A stretch of DNA of 64,000 bases, taken from positions 151 through 64,150 of the forward strand of contig JAYVNP010000119.1 of NCBI GenBank assembly GCA_043758385.1. Reading direction: 5' to 3'. The stretch's first letter is position 1. Every line of letters begins with the position of its first letter. Under the pieces are notes generated by a model. That model was given only the letters and a program-made list of their open reading frames with translations. It ran no database searches and was not told the origin of the DNA. Shown piece by piece: positions 57,573 through 64,000 of the stretch. The translations under genes and the position numbers were made by a program. Origin of the DNA: Saprospiraceae bacterium (GTDB lineage Bacteria; Bacteroidota; Bacteroidia; Chitinophagales; Saprospiraceae).

Positions 57573-59795
57573 ATGGTCAACGAAGATTATTTACATTGTA
57601 GTGCTTATGAAGGTCATGCTCTACATCCAACGGAAGCTAATTTTACCGCTTTTTTACACGAGGAAAGCAAACTAAATTTTTTCGCGCTATTAGATGCCGA
57701 TGGCGCAGTTCTTTTAAAAAGTGAGGGCTATCCACAAGAAGCATCGCGCGAAAACGGCATCCAATCGGTTATAAAAAACCGCTCTAACCGCGATTTCTAT
57801 TCTGTTAAAGAATTAGAAGGTGAGTATTATTTAAGTTTACGCGCAGCCAATTATCGCGAAATTGCGCGTACTTGTCGCCACAAAACAGAAGCTGAAGCTT
57901 TGGCACTTCTTCCTTTTGTTACAGGTCAACAAATTCGTAAGAAGGTTGTCACTGAAACTGTTGCTGTTGCAACAACAACTGCTACGCACACAAATGACCG
58001 TCGTGAAGACGATTATTTAGCTTGTCATTTTTATGAAAATCAACCATCTGTCAATCATGAAGACGGAATGGTAAAATTCACACACACTAACGAAGAACAT
58101 TATTTTGCTTGGTACGACGAAAATAATCAGTTATTAATGCGCTCAGAAGGCTATCCGTCAACTGCTGCGCGCGATAATGGTTATGCATCAGTTTTAAAAA
58201 ATCGCGATTTAGAAGAGCGTTATGCTATTGAAGAGAAAATGGGTTATTACTTTGCATATTTAAAAGCAGGTAATCATCAAGAAATTGCACGTGGCTGCGG
58301 AAAGAAAACTTACGAAGAAGCTGCTGCTTTATATCCGAGTGCGCGCGCTGAAGCAAAACGCAAAGCGACTATTGTGGTGGCTACGCCAATTGTAGAAGCT
58401 CCTAAAGTTTCTGTTCCAATAATTGAAGTTCCGAAGGTCTCTGTACCAACACCAACGGTAGAAATTCCAAAAATTTCTGTACCTATTGTAGAAGCACCAA
58501 AATTAGAAGTTCCAGTTATTGCCGCTGCTGTCGTCGCTTCAATTCCTCACGTTGAATTACCAAAAGTGGAAATTCCGCACGTAGAAGTTCCGCATATCGA
58601 ATTACCTAAAGTTGAAGTTCCGCACATTGAAGTTCCTCATGTTGAAGTACCAGTTGTTGCGGCTACAATTGCTGCCGTTGCTGCTACTGTACCTCATATC
58701 GAATTACCTAAAGTGGAAGTTCCTCATGTTGAAGTACCAGTTGTTGCGGCTACAGTTGCTGCCGTTGCTGCTACTATACCTCATATCGAATTACCTAAAG
58801 TGGAAGTCCCTCACGTGGAATTACCAAAATTGGAAGCTCCTCATGTAGAAGTACCGCATTTGGAATTGCCTAAGGTAGAAGTACCTCATGTTTCAATTCC
58901 TGCGGTTGCACTTGCTGGCGCTGCGGTCGCTGCTGCGATTCCTCATGTAGAGATTCCGAAGGTGGAGATTCCGAAGGTGGAGATTCCAAAAGTGGAGATT
59001 CCAAAAGTAACTGTTGAAGTTCCGAAAGTAGAAGTACCAAAAATTGTTGTTGAAGCACCTAAAGTGGAAGTCAAAAAAGTTGTTGCTGCTGCTGCAGTTA
59101 CAGCTGCCGCTGTTGCTGTAACGCATATCCCGCACAAAAAAGAGGAAGTCAAAAAAGTTGTTACACCCGTAGCACCCATTGTTGAAACACCCATTGTTGA
59201 AGAGAAAAGTTGGCTTTCTAAATATTGGTGGTTGCCACTTCTTTTACTCTTAGGTCTTGGATTTTTATTGCTCAGAGGTTGCAATTCAGATACAACAACA
59301 GCAACTGTTACGCCACCTATTCCGGTAGAAACGCCTAAACCAGTTGTTTCGGAAGCACCAAAAGTTGCAGAGGTACCAAAAGTTGTTGCGCCTTCTTGCG
59401 ATTTACACTGGATCTATTTCGATTACAATAAATCTGACCTTCGTGCTGAGTCGAAAAAAGAACTCGACCACTTAGCAGATTTGTTGAAAGAAAATAAAGG
59501 TTCGGTTGCGGTGTTAAAAGGTTTCACGGATAGTAAAGGCGATGTTGCTTACAACGATGCACTTTCTAAACGTCGCGCCAATGCAGCGCGCGCTTATTTA
59601 ACGGGTTCAAAGAAAATTTCTGACGCACAAATTAAAGAAGATGCTTCCGGAAAAAGCGCACCCGTAGCGAAAAATACAGATGACGATTCAGGACGTAAGT
59701 ACAATCGTCGTGTAGAATTGTACATTCAAGATGCCACAGGAAAAAATATCTGTCAATCTATTGAGTTGACTATTCCGACAACTTTAAAGGAATAA
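57573..59795 (+). CDS. Multidomain protein: 2x YegP/DUF1508-like modules, long P-[HK]-[VI]-E-x pentapeptide repeat region, one TM helix, C-terminal OmpA-like peptidoglycan-binding domain
   Basis: LLKSEGYPQEASRENGIQSVIKN..YYLSLRAANYREIA and LLMRSEGYPSTAARDNGYASVLKN..YFAYLKAGNHQEIA; repeats such as PHVEVPHIELPKVEVPHIEVPHVE; TM segment YWWLPLLLLLGLGFLLL; OmpA motif GFTDSKGD..YN..LS..RA..NRRVEL. Confidence 0.8.
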   Translation: MVNEDYLHCSAYEGHALHPTEANFTAFLHEESKLNFFALLDADGAVLLKSEGYPQEASRENGIQSVIKNRSNRDFYSVKELEGEYYLSLRAANYREIARTCRHKTEAEALALLPFVTGQQIRKKVVTETVAVATTTATHTNDRREDDYLACHFYENQPSVNHEDGMVKFTHTNEEHYFAWYDENNQLLMRSEGYPSTAARDNGYASVLKNRDLEERYAIEEKMGYYFAYLKAGNHQEIARGCGKKTYEEAAALYPSARAEAKRKATIVVATPIVEAPKVSVPIIEVPKVSVPTPTVEIPKISVPIVEAPKLEVPVIAAAVVASIPHVELPKVEIPHVEVPHIELPKVEVPHIEVPHVEVPVVAATIAAVAATVPHIELPKVEVPHVEVPVVAATVAAVAATIPHIELPKVEVPHVELPKLEAPHVEVPHLELPKVEVPHVSIPAVALAGAAVAAAIPHVEIPKVEIPKVEIPKVEIPKVTVEVPKVEVPKIVVEAPKVEVKKVVAAAAVTAAAVAVTHIPHKKEEVKKVVTPVAPIVETPIVEEKSWLSKYWWLPLLLLLGLGFLLLRGCNSDTTTATVTPPIPVETPKPVVSEAPKVAEVPKVVAPSCDLHWIYFDYNKSDLRAESKKELDHLADLLKENKGSVAVLKGFTDSKGDVAYNDALSKRRANAARAYLTGSKKISDAQIKEDASGKSAPVAKNTDDDSGRKYNRRVELYIQDATGKNICQSIELTIPTTLKE
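58629..58802. repeat. 87-bp tandem duplication (2 copies, 3 mismatches) inside the repeat region of the OmpA-domain gene
   Basis: Copy 1 is 58629-58715 and copy 2 is 58716-58802; each encodes EVPHVEVPVVAAT[IV]AAVAAT[VI]PHIELPKV. Confidence 0.9.
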
Positions 59796-59823
59796 AATTT
59801 AATAGTTTAAATTAAAAACATAA

Positions 59824-59867
59824 AACACCTCGCGTTTACAAAATGTAAATGCGGGGTGTTTTTTTTG
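59824..59867 (+). terminator. Rho-independent terminator
   Basis: aacacctcgcgtttaca / tgtaaatgcggggtgtt imperfect stem followed by a T-run. Confidence 0.65.
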
Positions 59868-60050
59868 CGGGTATTAAAAAAAATGTAAGGGAAAAATAAT
59901 TAGCAGTATTTTTTTGAATTGCCGATTGTGCCAATTGAAAGCAAAGTGAGGTGCTTGTTAATGCGCAACAAAATTTTAAAAAATTCAATTGGAAGATTCA
60001 ATTTGTTTAATTGTCCAAAAAGACTTAACTTTACTAAGAAAATACATTGT

Positions 60051-60284
60051 ATGAATCCTTTGTTGAATAGAATTACTATCAATCCTGAAATTTGTCATGG
60101 CAAACCAACGGTGCGTAATATGCGCTACCCAGTGGAAATGATTTTGGATTTGATGTCATCGGGCATGACACAACAAGAAATTCTCGAAGATTACCCGGCT
60201 TTGCAAACTGAAGATTTATTGGCATGTCTTTCTTATGCGTCGAGGCTAACTAAGGTAAAATCAATAAATAAAGTTTTAGTATGA
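60051..60284 (+). CDS. DUF433-family antitoxin-like protein
   Basis: INPEICHGKPTVRNMRYPVEMILDLMSSGMTQQEILEDYPALQTEDLLACLSYA. ATG at 60051 preferred. Confidence 0.8.
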   Translation: MNPLLNRITINPEICHGKPTVRNMRYPVEMILDLMSSGMTQQEILEDYPALQTEDLLACLSYASRLTKVKSINKVLV

Positions 60285-60634
60285 AATTCTTGATAGACGC
60301 ACAGTTGCCTTATGGTTTGAAGAAATTCTTATCGTTAAAAGGCTATGATGTAATTCATACCGATAATCTACCCAATAAAGAACGGACTACAGACAACGAA
60401 ATAAAAGATTTATCACTTGCAGAGAATCGCATAGTCATTTCCAAAGATTCTGATTTTATCGATTCATTCTATGTACGAGGTGTTCCTCGAAAGCTACTCA
60501 TCATTTCAACTGGCAATATCAAAAATAGGGATTTATTCACCTTGTTTGAAAACAACATGCAGCATATTACCGAACTATTTTCTCACAATAATCTTTTAGA
60601 AATGGATAATTTTGAGATTATTGTACACGAATGA
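60281..60634 (+). CDS. DUF5615-family PIN-like toxin (Mut7-C-like)
   Basis: MKFLIDAQLP..G.DV.H......TD.EI...A..ENRIVISKDSDF; ATGA 4-nt overlap with the DUF433 gene. Confidence 0.8.
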   Translation: MKFLIDAQLPYGLKKFLSLKGYDVIHTDNLPNKERTTDNEIKDLSLAENRIVISKDSDFIDSFYVRGVPRKLLIISTGNIKNRDLFTLFENNMQHITELFSHNNLLEMDNFEIIVHE

Positions 60635-60691
60635 CACAATTAATCAATGAATAAAGCTGTATATGGAACACTCTTAAAGTACATACAAACT

Positions 60692-60726
60692 AAAAAAGCC
60701 GTTGCACTTGTTCAGTGAAACGGCTT
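60692..60726 (-). terminator. Rho-independent terminator closing the caspase/FGE operon
   Basis: On the minus strand: aagccgtt-loop-aacggctt followed by tttttt. Confidence 0.65.
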
Positions 60727-60819
60727 AGTATATGTAGTTGGCAGCCACCTACTTTTCCGATGTGCAGAACAAAACCCGCTTTATTATTGCTAAAAGTTAA
60801 GTCGTACTGACAAAGCATT

Positions 60820-61608
60820 TCACTGGGAGTCAAAAACCACGCGGAAGCCTATATCGTTATCGCAATTCGTAGGCGCGCTGTAATGGCGATAAGCGACACG
60901 GCAGTGCCGCGGAAAGTTGTTCCAACCTCCACCGCGAAGAATACGGCTCGAGCCGCTTGAAGGCCCTGTTGAATTGTCTGCCTCTACCGGTGAGTCTGAA
61001 TAATCGCCGTACCAATCGCTGCACCATTCCCAAACATTGCCACTCATATCGTAAATATCCAATTCATTGGCAGTTCTCGTACCAACTTCGTGGGTCTTGC
61101 ATAAGGAATTACCAAAGTACCAGCTAACCTCATCTGCATTATTACTGCCGCTGTACTTGTAACTCCCGCTTTTAACACCACCTCTTGCAGCATACTCCCA
61201 TTCCGCTTCTGTGGGTAAACGGAATTTTGTGTCGGTTTTTTTCGTCAGCCATACACAGTATGCCACTGCATCGTTCCAAGAAACTCCGACAATTGGCAAT
61301 TTCACGTTTCCTAGACGTTTGTAACCTCTGCTTTTGTAGTATTCATTTGTTCCTGTCTTTATATTATATTCGTTTCCTTTCTCAAGCCAAAGCGGAAAAT
61401 GTGTTTTTGTACTATTGACAAACTGCAAGTATTGTTCTACTGTCACTTCAAATTTGCCGATGTTAAAATCGTTTAGAATGACTTCATGTGTAGGTTTCTC
61501 ATGTTCAAAACAATCGCTGCGTTGTTCATTTGTACAGCCCATTTTAAATGTGCCGCCTTGTACGAAAATCGTTTCCGGATTTAAATCAAATTTTGTTTGT
61601 GCAATCAT
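60820..61608 (-). CDS. FGE-sulfatase/SUMF1-domain protein, cassette 1 (cytoplasmic, probably non-catalytic)
   Basis: MGCT..EKP.H.V....F.I.K.EVT; LPTEAEWEYAARGG; YDMSGNVWEWC.DW; LRGGGW; GFRVV. No signal peptide. Confidence 0.8.
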   Translation of the reverse strand: MIAQTKFDLNPETIFVQGGTFKMGCTNEQRSDCFEHEKPTHEVILNDFNIGKFEVTVEQYLQFVNSTKTHFPLWLEKGNEYNIKTGTNEYYKSRGYKRLGNVKLPIVGVSWNDAVAYCVWLTKKTDTKFRLPTEAEWEYAARGGVKSGSYKYSGSNNADEVSWYFGNSLCKTHEVGTRTANELDIYDMSGNVWEWCSDWYGDYSDSPVEADNSTGPSSGSSRILRGGGWNNFPRHCRVAYRHYSAPTNCDNDIGFRVVFDSQ

Positions 61609-61614
61609 GGCATT

Positions 61615-61803
61615 TTATTGACTGAAAATTATAAAATCGCCGCCGAATTGGTGGCTGGAATCTTGCAATAAATTAATCTCGGCTTACTACCTCAAATTGC
61701 AACATACGTTCTTAGTTACATATATTTGCAGTTCTGTGGCAGCTATTACACTCTTATTCAAAAATTGTCGAAGAATGTGCAATATAAAACGCACATCTTT
61801 TTT
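61615..61803 (-). pseudogene. Decayed copy of the last 62 codons of the caspase gene
   Basis: Own translation KKDVRFILHILRQFLNKSVIAATELQIYVTKNVCCNLR**AEINLLQDSSHQFGGDFIIFSQ*. It aligns with the tail of the 62544..63326 gene (..KKETNSPFAASILRHLKNLNENAIAATKLKVLMSDDVDYNFRHTVKIEVLKDWNHQLGGDFIFYKQ*). Confidence 0.55.
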
Positions 61804-61834
61804 GCTCAAAGTTAAGCCAGACTGACAAGCCTTC

Positions 61835-62536
61835 TCATTGAAGAGAAATAACCACGCGGAAGCCTATATAGGTATTACGATTCGTAGGCGTGTTGAAATT
61901 GAGACCAACGACACGGCAGCCCCTCGAATCGTCACCCCAACTTCCACCGCGAAGAACATGGCTCGAGCCGCTTGAAGGCCCTGTTGGATTATTTGTCGGT
62001 GAGACTGAATCAACCCCGTCAAACCAATCGCTGCACCACTCCCAAATATTGCCGCTCATATCGTAAATGCCCAGTTCATTGGCTTTTTTTGCGCCAACTT
62101 CGTGCGTCTCACCTCCAGAATTGTCTTTGTTCCAAGCAACCTCATTAAGTATGTTGCTGCCGCTATACTCGTAATTTTTGCTTTTATCACCACCTTTCGC
62201 AGCATATTTCCATTCCGCTTCTGTGGGTAAACGGTATTTTTTGCCGGTTTTTGAATTAAGTTTCTTTAAATAAGTTTGAACATTTTCCCAACTGACTCGT
62301 TCAACTGGCAATTTATCGCCTTTAAATTGAGAAGGATTTGAGCCCATAACACTTTGCCATTCATCTTGTGTCACTTCATATTTGCTGATGTTAAAATCGC
62401 TTAAGGTAACTTTATGGGCGGGTTTTTCATCCTCGCTACAATCGCTGCTTTGTTCACTTGTGCAGCCCATTGTAAAGGTGCCACCTTTTACGAAAATCAT
62501 TTCGGGCTCAAAATCAAATTTTGTTGGTGGAATCAT
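61835..62536 (-). CDS. FGE-sulfatase/SUMF1-domain protein, cassette 2
   Basis: Same motifs as cassette 1 (LPTEAEWKYAAKGG, YDMSGNIWEWCSDW, LRGGSW, GFRVV). ATG at 62536 (MIPPTKFDF) parallels MIAQTKFDL of cassette 1; the track's GTG at 62572 overlaps the caspase tail. Confidence 0.8.
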   Translation of the reverse strand: MIPPTKFDFEPEMIFVKGGTFTMGCTSEQSSDCSEDEKPAHKVTLSDFNISKYEVTQDEWQSVMGSNPSQFKGDKLPVERVSWENVQTYLKKLNSKTGKKYRLPTEAEWKYAAKGGDKSKNYEYSGSNILNEVAWNKDNSGGETHEVGAKKANELGIYDMSGNIWEWCSDWFDGVDSVSPTNNPTGPSSGSSHVLRGGSWGDDSRGCRVVGLNFNTPTNRNTYIGFRVVISLQ

Positions 62537-62543
62537 GATAGTT

Positions 62544-63326
62544 TTATTGTTTATAAAATATAAAATCGCCACCTAATTGGTGGTTCCAATCTTTCAATAC
62601 TTCAATCTTGACTGTGTGCCTAAAATTGTAATCCACGTCATCGCTCATCAATACTTTCAATTTGGTCGCCGCGATGGCATTCTCGTTCAGATTTTTCAGG
62701 TGTCGCAAAATACTCGCCGCAAACGGACTATTAGTTTCTTTTTTTCCTTTGTCCGCTACTTCACCAAATCAGGAGCAAAAAATTTGGCGTGATCTATTGA
62801 GTTTATTCTGTTCCAATGTATAATTTGCCTTATTATTTTCACTCAGCATCAATAAGGATCCGCCGAAACAACAATCACAAACCAACAATATATGTTTGGG
62901 CTTGGAAATGGATTGAATGATGTCGCGCAATTCTTCGTTGCGAATCAAACTGGTACTACTGTCTTTTTTGCCGCCGTAAGGAATCAAAAATCCTTTAGTC
63001 CAGTCATTATCATCGGGTTTGCCGTGTCCTGCAAAATAAATTAGCAATTTATCGTTTTCCGTCAATAATGCATTTTTTCTAAGTGCTCTCAATCCGTCAA
63101 TAATCGCCGTTCTTGTCGCTTGGTGATTAGCTAAAATGCCTAAGCTTTCATAATCAAAATCAGCCGCTAAACAATTGTAGATGTCGTTCACGTCTTTCAC
63201 AGCATTTTGCAAATGCCTGAACTCTGGATAAGTGTCTATCCCGATACCAAAAAAGTAATTTTTACCTTTCGGACTATTCATTTCTGCTGTTTGTTTTTCG
63301 TAACCAATTGCGCGATTGTCGGACAT
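62544..63326 (-). pseudogene. Caspase-fold (peptidase C14, orthocaspase-like) gene interrupted by one in-frame TGA at 62769-62771
   Basis: Catalytic His (IYFAGHG) and Cys (LVCDCCFGGS). After ..SRQIFCS* the same frame continues for 74 codons with the family-typical SPF..L..L and GDF.F ending. Confidence 0.75.
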
Positions 63327-63676
63327 AAAGCGGAGTGCTTTTTAACGTTCAACAAAAATATTAAAATAAATTGTATTTTTCAATTTATTTTATTTGATTT
63401 TCAGAATGGGGTCAACTTTTATTTGATTTTTAAAACAAAATTTGCTGATGACACAATTATAGCTGTGAGCGAAAGATTTGGGAAAAGCAATTGGGAGACG
63501 CATGCAATGCGTCTGTACGAGGGTGAGAAACGCGCGAGCGTAAATTTCATAAAAAAGGTATCACATTGCATTTTAAATAATAAAACTTTTACTTACGCAA
63601 AAATGATTGTTATATTGTAATATTAGATATTATTCAGAAAACATTTTAGGTTTTTGAATTCTGATTTACTTTGTGA

Positions 63677-64000
63677 ATGAAATACGAAGAACAAATCACA
63701 AATCGAACTATGTTTTTGTCTTTAACGAGCTTGCATCCAGAAGAATTTGAGTATCTTTTAGAACACTTTACTCCTATTTGGAATGCCTATTACAGACATT
63801 ATACAACCGAAGGTAATAAGCGTAAAATTCTCATGTTTAAAGAACATAAGAGCGCTAAATTACAAGGTACTGCTCAGAAATTATTTTTTTTGCTCGTTTA
63901 CCTTAAGATGAACTCCTTGCAAAGTTTCCAAGGTGCAGTCTTCGGAATTTCGCAATCAAAAGTTTCAAAAATAGCAGCTATTCTGTTAAATATTTTAGAT
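63677..64000 (+). mobile_element. 5' part of an IS5-group (DDE_Tnp_4 / HTH_Tnp_4 type) transposase gene, running off the window
   Basis: Own translation MKYEEQITNRTMFLSLTSLHPEEFEYLLEHFTPIWNAYY..KRKILMFKEHKSAKLQGTAQKLFFLLVYLKMNSLQSFQGAVFGISQSKVSK matches the N-terminal HTH layout of these transposases. Absent from the ORF track because it has no stop. Confidence 0.6.

Noticed and set aside
58612-59284. Four alternative-frame or antisense ORFs inside the OmpA-domain gene
   Set aside because: They are generated by the pentapeptide-repeat DNA. They are periodic and low-complexity, and they lie fully inside a well-supported gene.
62577-63620. Plus-strand ORFs 62577..62792 and 63207..63620
   Set aside because: They are antisense to the caspase gene and its tail. 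The minus-strand frame has clear catalytic motifs and a family-typical C-terminus.
1-64000. tRNA, rRNA, tmRNA, RNase P or SRP RNA genes
   Set aside because: I scanned spacers longer than 200 bp for T-loop (GGTTCGAA-type) and other conserved cores on both strands and found none. A covariance-model scan would be needed to be certain.

Overview
Low-GC chromosomal segment of a Bacteroidota-type genome. Supporting signs are T9SS type A and type B C-terminal sorting domains, CarboxypepD_reg-type TonB receptors, TAnnTTTG-like promoter boxes and no Shine-Dalgarno sites. I support about 60 protein genes and saw no rRNA, tRNA or CRISPR array. Most of the window is housekeeping: thiolase, gpsA, glpK, fumC, pdxH, coaD, pruA, ribA, murG-ftsQ, a manC/fcl/glycosyltransferase cluster, two TonB receptors, a two-component pair, and an SbtA-like permease next to a beta-carbonic anhydrase. 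Several ORF-track starts are over-extended through intergenic repeats, and I give corrected starts. Five accessory islets stand out. (1) 60.0-64.0 kb holds a DUF433/DUF5615 toxin-antitoxin pair. Next to it is a caspase-fold gene interrupted by an in-frame TGA, followed by a tandem array of two FGE/SUMF1-type cassettes separated by a decayed copy of the caspase 3' tail, then a partial IS transposase. This is my top candidate for an undescribed conflict-type system. (2) 44.9-45.7 kb holds a retropepsin-like protease plus a small partner, inserted between fumC and a lipid-remodelling operon. (3) 41.2-42.6 kb holds an AlbA_2/Schlafen-like protein plus an orphan antitoxin-like ORF. (4) 21.2-22.5 kb holds a truncated toxin C-terminus, an immunity-like gene and a decayed gene, abutted by a MITE-like inverted-repeat element. 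(5) 57.6-59.8 kb encodes a YegP x2 / (P-[HK]-V-E-x)n / TM / OmpA-domain protein. A plcP-btaA-btaB-like betaine-lipid operon is also present. Intergenic DNA carries an unusual family of low-complexity repeated-word hairpins and hexamer/heptamer tracts.
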